Shown one piece after another: positions 1-13,450 of a DNA stretch of 64,000 bases. The notes beneath the pieces are model-generated. The model did no database searches and was not told the DNA's origin. It worked only from the letters and a program-made list of their open reading frames with translations. The DNA is from the human T2T-CHM13v2.0 reference genome, Homo sapiens. Every line of letters starts with the position of its first letter. Within the stretch, counting starts at the first letter, position 1. The stretch lies in NCBI RefSeq assembly GCF_009914755.1, contig NC_060926.1; one strand, 5' to 3'. Made by a program: the position numbers and the translations under genes.

Positions 1-272
1 ATACAGAAAGTCAAATACTGATAGTCTCACTTATAAGTGGGAACTAAATAATGTGCACACATGGACACAGTATGTGGAATGACAGACACTGGGGACTCAG
101 AAGGGCAATGGCTGGGGGGCAGGTGGGAGGGCAGTGAGGGATGCGAAATTACTAATGGGCATAATCTACATTATTCAGATGGTGGATACACTAAACGCCC
201 AGATTTTACCACTACACAATATACTCCCATAACAAAACAGCACTTGTAGTCCTTAAATTTATCCAAGAAAAA
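1..272 (+). mobile_element. L1PB-type (L1PB4-like) 3' UTR end
   Basis: ctcacttataagtgggaactaaataatgtg...accactacacaatata...cacttgta followed by an A-rich tail. Confidence 0.85.
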
Positions 273-1089
273 GGTGTGGGGATAATGAGCATAAACCAGG
301 ATGATCACAGGAAAACTAGCACTTCTGTCACTGCTAAACTCCTCGGCTCGGCTTCTAGGCTCTCATTACTTCCCCTCCTCATTTCCCTCCCACCTTCATT
401 CCTTTAGCTTGAATGCCTCTACAGTGCTGTATTTCTTACGTGTAGCAACTCTCCTCTCCTGTTCATCTAGTAAACTCCTCTTCTGCCCTCCAGGTGGTTG
501 AAACATTAACTTCCTCTAGGTCTACACGGTGCTTTGCACCTGATTTGGCTTGCACCTCATGCTATTCTATTAATTTATTTGCATGTTGCCTCCTCTTCTA
601 GACTAGGTTTTTGAGAAAGTGAGAGAAAAATCAAGAAATCTGTTTTAGAAAAATTAATCCAGAAACAATATTTGTGAAAAATTGGATAAAGGATGAGGAA
701 CAGGGGCAATTTAGAAGATTGTTTAGTATCTATATTCTTATTTAACAGCAGCCTTCAGAGCTAAAGAAGCCCAAAGGCCTCTTAACACCTAATCACCCAT
801 TTATTCCTCTTAAACTCTCACCTGCAATCAAAACCTATTCAGAAAACCAGAATTTTAATGTAAAGATCTCAGTATGAAGGTTTTTGGTATTTTATGATCT
901 AAACAAACCTTCCAAAGTCTGGTGAGGCTCAAGTTGGCAAACCACCTGCAATCTTCCCACTAAACTATATTTAGTATCCCACTGTAGCACCCACTGCAAC
1001 TGACATATGAATACACTGTGCTAACAAATACATTACTTAATACAAAACTCTTCAATTTATTACATTGTGTCATAAATTTGTTTTGCTTT

Positions 1090-4000
1090 ATAAGAAAATA
1101 GATTTTAACTCAAAAAGTTTCTTATTTGGAACAAATGCATGAAGCAAAGGTTTTCAAGCACTGGACATCAAGCAACCAACAACTTAATTCCCAGGAAATG
1201 AAAAACTGATGAGGCAAGCTGTATGACTGCCCCAGCTTACTGCACTAAGAACTTCTGGGCTATAGCACAGGGAGGGGAAACCATGAGAAAGCCCAGTGAA
1301 CACACTGAGCTGAGAGTCTGGGGAGAACAAGTTGACTTGAGTTTGCTGCTCAGGACACAAGAGCGGAGATTGCTGTACAGAGAGAATCTTGAATATCTGC
1401 AGGTCTTCCTTGAGTATTCAGCAGAGTTCTGAGTGGCACAAGTACATGAAAAAATAACCTGAGGCTAGGGAAAGAATCATCTGAAAGGATTACAGAAAAA
1501 AATACCAGGTGCTTACAAGGCCAGGAACAGAAATTGTGCTCACCAGCCAGACTGTAAAACCTTATAATTAACAGGGCATTGGATAGAGCACTCAAAAGAA
1601 TCTTGCCTCAGAACTAGGCAATAATTAGCCATAGACTAAATGATGCTCTTTCTCACCTGACAAACTGTGGAGACAAAACCCAAAACAATCACACTATTTC
1701 CAAGTAACTTAACTACATCCCAGAACAAAGCACAGGGAGATCTGTAGAAACACAAAAAAGCAAAACTCTGTCTGGGTCCAACCAAAGATTACCAGATAGA
1801 CAGATCACCATACGTGCAAAGAAGCAAGAAAGTGCAACCCATAGTGAGAAAAAAATAAGACAACCCAGAAAGGCCACAGGTGTCAGACTTATTGGACAAA
1901 GATATTAAACAGTTACTATTTGTAATATGTATGTCCAAAAAGTTAAGTAGAGACATAGAAGATATACCAAAGACCCAAACTGAGTTTTCATCTAGAGATG
2001 AAAACTATATGAAATGCAAATATACATTGAATGCAATTAATGGTAGAATAGAGATTGTAAAAGAAAACATTAGTGAGCTTGAAGACATAACAACAGAAAC
2101 TACACAAAATGAAATACAGAGAGAAAAAAGAGCATAAGTAAACTGCAGAATGACTTCATGTGTGATCTAATGTACATAAAATTGGAGTCCCTACAGGAGA
2201 AAGGGGAGGGTAGAAAATATATTTAAATAAATAATGAAGGAACAAAACTGTAACATTTGATAAAAAACATAAATCTACAGATGTAAGAGACTCAGTTATG
2301 ATAGGTACAGTAAACATGAAGAAAGCTACAAAAGGACAAAGTATAATCAAATTGCTCAAAACCAGTGGTAAAAGAGAAACATTTAAAAGCAGCCAGAGAA
2401 AGACGAAACAGAGATTAGGATTACAACAGATTTACTGTTGGAAACAATGCAAGTAAGAAGACAGTGGAACAACATCTCCAAAACATGGAAAGAAAATAAA
2501 TAACTCCAAAATATATATATGACAAAAATATTTGTCAAAAACTAAGGTAAAATACAGACATTTTCAGATATGCAACAGCTGGAAAAGTTCATAACCAGCA
2601 GATCCGCACTATGGAAAATGTTAAAGGAAGCCCTTGAGGCAGAAGGAAAGTGCTAACAGACGGAAATATAAATATACCCAAAGCAATAAAGAGAACTGAA
2701 AAATGGTAAGTCTATTAAACATATTTTATAATTTGAATATGTTTAAAATATAATTGATTAGTTAAGAAAAAAATTATATTTTTGGAGTTGATAACATATA
2801 CAAGTAAAATGTTTGACAACAATAGGAAAAAGGTGGCTGGGGAAGGAGTAATGAAGAATTGCAAGGTTCTTACACTGAACATGAAGTGGTAAAATATTAC
2901 TTGACAGTAAGCTAAAGATGTCTACTATAATTCCTAAAGCAACCACTAAAATAACAAAGCAAAGAGTAATAGCTAATAAGACAACAAATGAGATTAAATG
3001 AAAACAAAAAAATAACTCAATGCAAAAGAAGACAGGACAAGAGGAAAGGGCAATAATTATTCAATTACATTAAATAATTGCATTCAATGCTAACTGCATT
3101 GAATTACATTGAATGTAATTATTGATACGGTTAGGATTGTCTATTTTCCATCCTGTTTTTATTTATCCAATCAGATAAATAATAAATAATATATGTAAAC
3201 ACTATAAAATCCCAGTTAAAAGACAGAAATGAGCAGACTGCATTAAAAGATCAAGACCCAATTATATGCTATTTATAAGAAATATACTGTAAGTATAAGA
3301 AAAACCAAATAGATTAAAATAAAATGATAGAAATATATATTACATGCTAACATTAATCAAAAGAAAGCTGAATTGGCTATATTAATATTAAGGTAGATCT
3401 CAACGCAGCCAGGGATAAAGAAGTTTATATCACATTGTCTAACGGACCAATCAATATGACGTAAAAATCTAAATGCTTATGTGCCTAACAGCAGAGCTTC
3501 AAAATACACGAAGCAAAAGTGAATACAACTTCAAGGAGAAATAGACAGTCCCTTAATTATAGTCAGAGATTTCAGTATCCTGCCCTAGTAATTGATAGAA
3601 TACATAGGAAGAAAATTAGTCAGACTTTTCTGACTAATGTAGCCTTGAACAACACTATGACACCATGGTCTAGGTAGAAAATGTAATGAAATCTACAGAA
3701 AAAGCTACTAAAATTAATAAGTTAGTTTCACAAAGTTGCAGGATACAAGATCAGTAAACAAATATAAATTACATATCTATATGCCAGCAACTAGTAAATA
3801 TAACCTGAAATTTAAAGATAAATGCCATGTATACTAGTATCAAAAATAAAACATACTTAGGAATAAATCTGACAAAAGATGTTCAAGTCCTGTATATTAA
3901 AAACTATAAAACACTGCAGAGAGAAATTAAAGAGATCTAAATCTCTAATGGTAGAACAGAGATTATAAAAGAAGCACTAGTGAGCTTCAAGGCATAATAA

Positions 4001-5875
4001 TACAAACTACATAAAATGAAACACAGAGAGAAAAGAATAGTGAAAAGAGAAAAAAAGAATATAAGTGAACGGTGGAATGACTACATGTGTGGTCTCACAT
4101 AAAATTGGAGTTCCCTAAAGGAGAAGGGGGAGGGTAGAAAATATACTTGAATAAATAATGAAAGAAAAAAAGACCCTTAACATTTGATGAGAAGCAAATA
4201 GAGAGACATACCATGTTCATGATTTGGAAGAATCGATATTGTTAAGATGCCAATTCTTTCTAAATTCATTTGTAGATTCAATGCAATCATAATAAAAATC
4301 CTAATAGGCTTTTTATTTGTGTGGAAATTGACAAGTTGGTTCTAAAATTTACACAGAAAAGGTGTTAAAATAACCAAAATAACTTGAAAAACAAGAATAA
4401 AATCGAAAGATTATACTATTTGATAGAAAATCATACAGCTATAGTGACCAAGACAGTGTGATACCAGTGTAAGGACTGACAAGAACCAAACAGAGAATCC
4501 AGAAATACACCACATATCTACAAACAACTGATTTTCAGCAAAAGTGCAAAGGCAATTAAGTGGAGAAAGGACAGTATTTCAACAAATGGTACTGGAATAA
4601 CTGGATACTCATGTGCAAAAGTTGAATTTCCATCCACACTTCACAATGAATCTTAAACCCAAATGTAAAGTCTAAAACTGCAAAGTGTTCTGAACCTAAC
4701 ATAGAAAAAAATCCATTGTGACTTTAGATTATACCAAGATTTCTTAGCCACAACTCCAAAAACAAGAACCATAAATTAAAAAATGTAAAACAGAACTTCA
4801 TAGAAATTAATTTTTTAAAAAAGTTTGAAAGACATGTCTTTACAATCTCTAAAGACAAGCCCCATACTTAGAGAAGATATTTGCAAAGTATGTAAATAAC
4901 TTGAATGTAGAACATATAAAAAAGACTTTTCAAAAATCAACAATGAGAACAAAACAACCTAGTAAAAAAGGCCAAAGTTTTTTGAACACATCACCACAGA
5001 AGATACATGGATGGAAAATAAGTGTATGAAAAGATGCTCAATACAACCAATCATGAAGGCAATGCACATTAAAACCACAATGAGATACCACTACATACCT
5101 ATTAGAATGTTTAGGATTAAAAAGATCAAGTGTTGGCAAGGATGTGGAGAAACAACAACTCTCCTCCATTGCTGGTAGAGATGTAAAATGATATAAGCAC
5201 TTTGGAGAACAGTTTAGTGGGTTTTTAAGAAAATGTTAAACATACTCCTATTATTTGATCCAAACATTCCACTCCTAGGTATTTACCCCAGAGAGGAGAA
5301 AGCACAAAGACATTTTGTGTGTTATAAACATGTGCACAAATATTTATAATAGCTTTTATGTATAACTGCCCCCAAATGGATACAACCCAAACGTCCTCTG
5401 ACAGGTTAAGGGATAAACAAATTTTGTTATGTCCATACAATGGAATACGGCTCAGCAATGAAAAGTAATGAACAATTGATCCATGCAACAACATGGATAA
5501 ATTTCAGAATAATTACACAGAGTGACAGAAGCCAAACAAGAAAGTACATGCTATATGATTCTACATATATAAAACTCTAGGAAAATGCAGACTCACCCAT
5601 AGTGACAGAAAGCAGAGCAGTGGTGGCCTGGGGATGAGTGGGGTGTGTGGAGAAGGGTAGGAGGGATCAATTACAAGGGGTCTGAGAATGAATTTGGCAA
5701 TGATGGATACATTCATTATCTTATCAAAACAATAATAATGCAAATTCTATAGCATGAGTTACTTACATATAATTATACATATGTGATATTTTCACCGGTA
5801 TATACCAATGTGAAAGCTTACCAAATTATCTAAATATGTGCAATTTACATGTCGATTATATCTCAATAAAGAAAT
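1090..5875 (+). mobile_element. Old L1M (L1MC/MD-like): 5' region, ORF1, ORF2 with a large internal deletion, and 3' UTR
   Basis: ORF1-like peptide at 1880-2137 (LNAINGRIEIVKENISELEDITTETTQNEIQREKR). Endonuclease-region sequence at ~3190-3660 jumps directly to the late RT region. C-terminal ORF2 at 4195-5300, then L1M 3' UTR ending tatctcaataaag. Confidence 0.85.
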
Positions 5876-7101
5876 GTGAAAATGATATTTCCTATTTCTT
5901 CCTAATTCCATGCAATTTAGACTTCATACATGTAATACTTTCTGTAAGCTCCCAGCAAGGTTTCTTTCATCAACATCAGCTAAATAATTTGGAGAAATTT
6001 ATCAGAAATTTCAAAGTATGTCAACTTCAATTTCTTCTTGTAATTTCATAGGTTAACTTTCTTCTCTAACCTTAGTCCAAATGCACTACAAAATATTTTC
6101 TCATGCTTTCATTAACCTGGTCTTCAGTGCTTCAACAGATTTTGGTGATTGTAATATTTACAGAGTCAACAAAGTGAAGCCAATAGCACTACTGATTGGA
6201 AAGGCAGGGGTGGGCCCCTAAGCAAGGTAACCCGCAGACCAAGCAGGAGACTGTCCTGAGCAGATACTTCCCCACTCTGAAGGGAGTCTCAAGTTCCCAC
6301 TACTGAAGCACAGAACTTGTACTTCCCATTTCCTTCGGGACAATCTGGATGCAGGAGGCTGCTGTGCTAAAAAGTTTTCACCATGTCACTAGCTTGACAT
6401 CTACTTTTACGACCTCTCATTCTTAATTATGTCCCTGAATCCCAGCTCCTGAGCTCATGTATTTATCTTTGTCCAGAAAAGCGGAAATTGTAAAAACAAA
6501 TTCTATAGCATGAGTTACTTATATATAATTGTTATGTGGGGTCTCTATTATTTCAAGTCATTAATCAGCCAAGTTCCATTATTTTCTGTAAGTCAATCCT
6601 TTTGCCACTCTTCCCATAAGCACCTCCCAATAGAACTATTTCCTTTGTTAAATGCATGCATATGCAGGTTTTTACATGTATATTATGTATCAATTATCAT
6701 ATAATTACATAATTACTGTAATCGGATTTAACTGTATAATTAGAATGTGTAATTACATAATTAAAACATGTAATTACCAAGTTTAAAAAGTTATGGAAAT
6801 TATTTCTTTTAAATGAATAATGCATGTATGGGAGACAAACTTTCAAAGCTCACTACTTAGGCCTTCTAAAAGTCATTTTAACTAAAAACACAATTTAAAA
6901 TCCACTAAGCCAGTTATTTCACATGACATGTTGAATACCTTAAACTTTTTTAATGGATTTTTATCTTAAGAGAATATTAGAAACCTTCAAGGGCTCAGCA
7001 TCTGGATGTAGGAAAAGGAGACAAAAAGGCAGCTCTCTTCAAGTGATCATGAAGTCTGACTGCATTTTTAACCTATTCCCACTTACATTAAAAGTTTTCT
7101 T

Positions 7102-7391
7102 GGCTGGGCGCGGTGCCTGTAATCCCAGCACTTTGGGAGGCTGAGGTGGGAGGACTGTTTGAGCCCAGGAGTTTGAGACCTGCCTGGGCAAGATGGTGAG
7201 ACCCTGTCTCTACAAAAAATTTTGAAAACTTAGCCAGGTGCAGTGGTGTGCGCCTGTAGTCCTAGCTACTCAGGAGGCTGAGGCAAGAGGGTCACTTGAG
7301 CCCAGTAGTTTGAGGTGGCAGTGAGCTATGATCATGCCACTGCACTCCAGCCTGGCCAATAAAGTGAGACTCTGTCTCTAAAAAATAAAAA
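7102..7391 (+). mobile_element. AluJ
   Basis: Dimeric Alu with J-type gagcccaggagtttgagacc and gagctatgatcatgccactg. Confidence 0.9.
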
Positions 7392-7392
7392 G

Positions 7393-8090
7393 TATTTTCC
7401 TAGGGTGTCTTTTTTTTTTTTTTTTTGCAGCTATTGTAAAAGGGATTCAGTTTTTGATTTGACTCTCAGCTTGGTCACTGTTGGTGTATAGCAGTGCTAC
7501 TGATTTGTGTACATGAATTTTGTAACCTAAGACTTTACTGAATTCATTTATCAAATCTAGAGGTCTTTTGGTGGAGTCTTTAGGGTTTTCTAGGTGTACA
7601 ATCATATTACCAGCAAAAAGAGATAGTTTGACTTCCTCTTTTCCAATTTGAATGCCCTTTAGTTCCTTCTCTTGCTTGATTGCCCCAGCTACGACTTCCA
7701 GTGCTATCCTGAATAGAAGTGGTGAAAGTGGGTATCCTTGTCTTATTCCAGTTCTTATGGGGAATGCTTTCAACTTTTCCCCATTCAGTATGTGTGGGTT
7801 TGTCATATGTGGCTTTTATTATTTTGAGGTATGTTCCTTCTATGCCTAGTTTGTTGAGGGTTTATATGATAAAGTGTTGCTGGATTTTATCACATGCTTA
7901 TTCTGTTTCTATTATCATATGGTTTTTGTTTATAATTATGTTGGTGTGATGTATCACATTTATTGATTTGTGTATGACGAACCATCCCTGCATCCCTAGT
8001 GATCATGGTGAATTATCTTTTTGATGTGCTGTTGGATTCTGTTTGGTAGTATTTCATTGAGGATTTTTGCACTTATGTTCATCAGGGATA
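7393..8090 (-). mobile_element. L1PB ORF2 fragment, inverted 5' part of the adjacent L1
   Basis: ORF 7447-7806 is L1 RT ([26 protein letters not shown]...[17 protein letters not shown]). Confidence 0.9.
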
Positions 8091-9802
8091 GGAAGTGAAA
8101 GATCTCTACAAGGGGAGCTACAAAACACTACTGAAAGAAATAATAGATGACACAAAGAAATGGAAATACATCCCATGCTCATGGATTGGAAGAATCAACA
8201 TCATAAAAATGACCATGTGGCTCAAAGCAATCTACAGATTCAATGCAACTCTTTTCAAAATACCAACATCATTTTCACAGAACAATAAAAAAAATCCTAA
8301 TATTCATAAGGAGCCAAAAAAGAGGCTGAAGAGCCAAAGCAATCCTAAGCAAAAAGAACAAAGCCAGAGGCATCACACGACATGACTTCAAACTATACTA
8401 TAAGGTTATAGTAACCAAAACAGCATGGTACTGGTATAAATGTAGATACACGGACCAATGGAGCAGAATAAAGAACCCAGAAATAAAGCCAAATACTTAC
8501 AACCAACTGATCTTTGACAAAGCACACAAAAACATAAATTGGAAAAAGGACACCCTATTCAATAAATGGTGCTAGGAAAACTGGACAGCCACATGTAGAG
8601 GAATGAAACTGGATTCTTATCTCTAACCATCTACAAAAATCAACTCCAGACGGATCAAACACTTAAATCTAAGAACTGAAACCAGAAAAAAATCTAGAAG
8701 AAAACCTAGGAAAAACACTGCTGGATACTGGCCTAGGCAAAGAATTTATGACTAAGAACCCAAAAGCAAATGTAACAAAAACAAACAAACAAAAAATAAA
8801 TGAGACCTAATTAACTGAGAAGCTTCTGCATAGCAAAAGAAATAATCATCAGAGCAAACAGACAACCCACAGAATGAGAGAAATATTTGCAAACTATTCA
8901 TGTGACAAAGAACTAATATCTAGAATCTACAAACAACTCAAACAAGTCAGCAAGAAAAACCAAATAATCCCATCAAAACATAGGCAAATGACATGAATAG
9001 ACATTTTTCAAAAGAAGATACACAAATGGCCAAAAAATATATGAAAAAATGTTCAACATCAGTAATCATCAGGGAAATGCAAATTACAACCACAATAGAT
9101 ACCAACTTACCACAGCCAGAATGGCAGTTATTAAAAAGTCAAAAAACAATTAATGTTAGTGTGGATGTGGTGAAAAGAGAAGACTTATACACTGCTAGTG
9201 AGAATGTAAATTAGTACCACCTGTATGGAAAACAGTATGGTGATTTCTCAAAGAACTAAAAGTAGATCAACTGTTCAATTCAGCAATCCCACTACAGGGT
9301 ATCTATCCAAAGGAAAATAAGTCACTATGTTAAAAAGACATCTGCACACATGTTTATCGCAGCACAATTCACAATTGCAAATATATGGAACCAATCTAAG
9401 TGCTCATCAACTGATGAGTGGATAAAGAAAATGTGATATATACACCACAGGATACTATTTAACCATGAAAAAGAATGAAATAATGTCTTTTGTAGCAATG
9501 TGGATGGAGCTGGGGGCCATTATTCTAAGTGAAGTGGCTCAGGAATGGAAAACCAAGTACCCTATATTCTCATTTAGAAGTGGAGGTAAGCTATGGATAT
9601 GCAAAGGTATACAGAGTGGGAAAATGGACTTTGGAGACTCAGAGGAGGGAAAGATGAAATGCGGGCAAGGGATAAAAAACAACACATTGGGTACAATATA
9701 CACTACTTGGATGACAAGTTCACTAAGATCTCAGACTCCATCACTACACAATGCATCTTGTAACCAAAAACCACTTGTACCCTAAAAGCTATTAAAATAA
9801 AA
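8091..9802 (+). mobile_element. L1PB2-like ORF2 3' part and 3' UTR
   Basis: [35 protein letters not shown] and MNRHFSKED peptides. 3' UTR ends ...accaaaaaccacttgtaccctaaaagctattaaaataaaa. Confidence 0.9.
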
Positions 9803-10523
9803 TATATGTATTTTAACAAGTTTTCTTAGTGTAATTGACAGCAAATAATGAGCAGTGATGACTAGTACAAAAGTCATCACCCAGCTGATGTTTTGGTAAA
9901 TCCAGGAAATGGTATATCTGATTCAATCCCATGCTTGGTTTCAAAGGCAAAATGTTACTTAAAAAAATAAATGTTGACTATATACCTGCTTGATAATAAG
10001 AAACATTCACCTCTCTTCATTTAAGTTCAACTTAAAGAAGAAACATTTTTGAAAAGTGAGAAGTGTGTTACATTGGTGGTATTATGATAATAATTCAAGT
10101 GTGCTTGATGCTGGGGATAAAATGACAAATCAGATGTGTTCTCTGGCCTTGCGTTGTTCAGACAAACACATGAGCCAATAAATAAAACACAAAGAGAATA
10201 TGGACAGTAATGGCTTTCAAAACTTAAAAAAATCTAATAATAAATCATTACAATTTGTTGCCTGAGGAAATAATCCTCATCATGTAAACCAGAAGTCAAT
10301 TATTGATTTTTCTGACCACAATCAACACCACAGCCGAGTATGCTCTGTGCAGGAAAATCCCTACTCCTCTTCAGACCTGCCTGTAACACTCTATACATAT
10401 TTAATCATTAATAACATAACACTTATCCTATTGCTTCACAATTATGTATATGTCTATTTCTTCTTTTGAATGTGAGTTCCAGGAGGGCAAATGCTTAGCG
10501 CAGGAAACATCTGCCTGCAGGAG

Positions 10524-10527
<4 letters not shown>

Positions 10528-10571
<44 letters not shown>
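10528..10571. repeat. (AC)22 microsatellite
   Basis: Perfect dinucleotide run. Confidence 0.97.
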
Positions 10572-10573
<2 letters not shown>

Positions 10574-10964
10574 TGAAGGAACATTTGCCCGCTCTTTTCA
10601 TGGAACAGGATGCTTTTGTTTTTGTCTCTTCACATCACAAGTAACCAGCACATCTTTGAAAACTCAACAGTTTAACCTGGAAATGTTCATAAAGATCATT
10701 CTCAAATGACAACTTATTCTTGGACAAAATAAGAAATGCAAATGCAAAATAAAAGAATGTGTCCCACAGAGATGATAGAAAAAAAAAAGAGCAGAACAGT
10801 TATAGTAAACCACAGGCTAAACCCTCATATTATGCATTGCATCAGCCATGATAAATAAGGTTCGCATTTGTCAGATCCGATCAACTTGGTTTCTAGGGTA
10901 GTCCAATTTCAGCAGACTGCTCTAGCACTAATCATCTTGTGAATTCATCTGTGGTAGGTTAATG

Positions 10965-11200
10965 TTCAATTCATTAATTAATTACTCCCATCAACATTCA
11001 TTGAGCTTCTGTCTACTACATGTGAAGCAGCATGTGGGGTATGGGATATGCAACACAGAGCGGAAAATAGCCCCTGCTCTCATGGAATTCATGTTCCAGG
11101 AAAAGGGCAGACACGTAAACAAGCCTAACACTGCAAATGCTCAGCTCTGCGATGGGAGTGTGTGCCAGGACCCCAGGAGCATGGAGGAGGATGAGGACCC
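10965..11200 (-). mobile_element. L2 3' fragment
   Basis: cattcattgagc...cccctgctctcatggaattcatgttccagg resembles an antisense L2 3' end. Confidence 0.6.
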
Positions 11201-12286
11201 CTGAACAAATTCAATGCGATGCACCAGGAATCTCGCTCCCTATGGCTCCCTATTTGTTTCCTCTGGGGAACCACTCCAGACTTGATGGGGGGAAATCCCA
11301 GTTGAACTTGATATGACAGAGCAAGTAACTTAGAACAACACTGATTCTGCAGAACCTGGACTAGCAGACCTACTAGTCACAGGAGTCCTATCCCTTCTTC
11401 ATATACCTGTCTCCACGCCCCCACCCTCATTCAAGATAAAACATTCACCAGCATTCCTCTTAATGCATCTTTGTTGGGAAGATGACTGGAGCCCAGCACA
11501 GTGTATGGCAAACAGTAGGCGCTCTGTGTTGAATGCTGAATACTTACATGAATACCACTGAGAATCCACAGTAAAATACATTTGTGTGTTTTGGTTTTGT
11601 TCCAACAGATTTTCATCATTTCTGAAGAAAGAGACATACTCCTGGAATGTGGCACATGGAAACTTCCTGGTTTATCAGGAGTTGATCATGACCTCTAAGA
11701 GCTCAAAGCTCAGCTGAGGCTTTTGCAGAACTGGGAAGCATGGCATTCGTCTCAGCCTAACCCCCCACATTCCCTGTGTTGCTTGTGTGGTGTTACTGGC
11801 GCCACCAGGGCTATCCCTTGCATTCATCAACAGATACCGAGAGAAAGTTGCTGTTCCCATGTTCATGAATTGAACCTGTCACCCATGAATGCACTTTTGG
11901 CTCATCAGATTAGCTGGTTGTCACCTCATAAATGAGGAAACAGGGTCCTGGATGGAAGAGGATGGTGCATAGGACAAGGCAGAGAAAACGGAGTGGTGGG
12001 TGGGTTGCTGCATGGTCTGTTGGCTCCCGAAGTCTAATAAGATGACAGAATCTGGAGTTTGGAAAGGATCCTGGACTCACCATGTACCTAATGCATGAAT
12101 TCCTACCAACGCACCCAGTTTCTGTTCTTCCTGGGATGGAGAACTGTCACATCCCCTAATTGACCATTTGGCTTTCTGATATCTCAGCTGGTGGAAAGGT
12201 CTTTTTGATATTGAGTCCCAATTCATAAATTCTACTCCGTGGTCCTGGTTTTTCACTCTGAGGTCAAAAGAACCAATCTAGTCACC

Positions 12287-12788
12287 TGATGCTGTGATCT
12301 TAGTCCTGAAATTAAGAGTCAATATTACTTGCTGCCTTGACATCTGGTAAAACAAGGCAGGCCTCAATTGGCCTAACTGCAAGTTCTCCCCACACTGCCC
12401 CTATGGATAAAGTCTTGTAGCAAAACACCCTCTTTAGCAGGGGGACCAGGCACAGTTCCTGCTTATCGCTGAGTGGCGGGTTTAGCTCCCTGCCAGCCTG
12501 TGGAATTAGTCAAACAAGCCAATCACATCCTACTGTGAGAACCAGGGGTCAACCTACCCTCTTGTTATTACAAAGCTGGCCTCTGGCAGTCCCCGCTGGC
12601 TCACTCTGTTCCTGAATACAACCCCTCTGTGCCCCTGAGCCCCTTCCCAGGCTGTGAGTATATGTAATTAATAAGTGCCTGTCAATCTCATCTGTTCATT
12701 GTCAGGGGCTGTGTGTTCAGCCATACCCATCACCATAGGGTAGGAATCCCTCCCTCGCCAATGGGGTGAAGGGGAGGCAACCAAAATA
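12287..12788 (+). mobile_element. ERVL-type solo LTR (MER54/MER70-like)
   Basis: ~500 bp starting TG, gtcctgaaattaaga...gctgccttgacatctgg, CCAAT box, degenerate polyA signal aataag. Confidence 0.6.
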
Positions 12789-13435
12789 GCTACGTCTTAG
12801 AACGAGGCTCTGGGAACCTTAGAAGAGTGGGTTAAAGAGAGGCCGGAAGAACTCTGTTTGATTAGAATTTAAAATTCCCATTTCCTCCCTCTTTCCACCT
12901 TTCCTAAACACCACTCTCAAGGTTTTCTCAAGTGACTGTGGGTATGGAAGCTGATGTAACACAATGGCAGGAAACAAGAACAAGAACAAGTGAACAAGGC
13001 AGAATCAAGAGAGCCATACTTTAGGAAAAGGTATACAAAGAAATATTCTGGGATCCCAGGACCATCAATGACAGTAAACTTACTCTAGAAAATAAGTGTC
13101 ATTATTCACTGGATTCACCAGCACACTCTATTGTTCTTACTGTAGTTCTTTGGCTACCAGATGCCCAGGTACCAGAACTCTATTTGTCTCTGTATGAAAA
13201 TACAGAGTGATGAACAAGAAAACTAGTGATTACAACTAATGCATGTGTTCTAGTTACAAACACAAACCTGCCCCTCCCCCTCCTCTGAGCTAATGGATGA
13301 ACCTCAATCAATACACTCAGGAAAGACTGCAGAATCAATAACAAGGCTTATTTAACAGAATTAAGAAGTGGCTTTTTAAAAAACAAAAGAAAAAAAAACA
13401 AGAAAGTAGACACAATTGCAATAACTGCATTCTTA

Positions 13436-13450
13436 TGTTGCCTGGCAACA
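13436..13450. promoter_or_regulatory. RFX X-box motif
   Basis: tGTTGCC t GGCAACa quasi-palindrome. Motif match only. Confidence 0.45.

Noticed and set aside
7447-9785. RT-like and other L1 ORF2 peptides
   Set aside because: Frameshifted fossil L1 fragments with a degraded catalytic motif (FAGNM instead of FADDM). Not genes.
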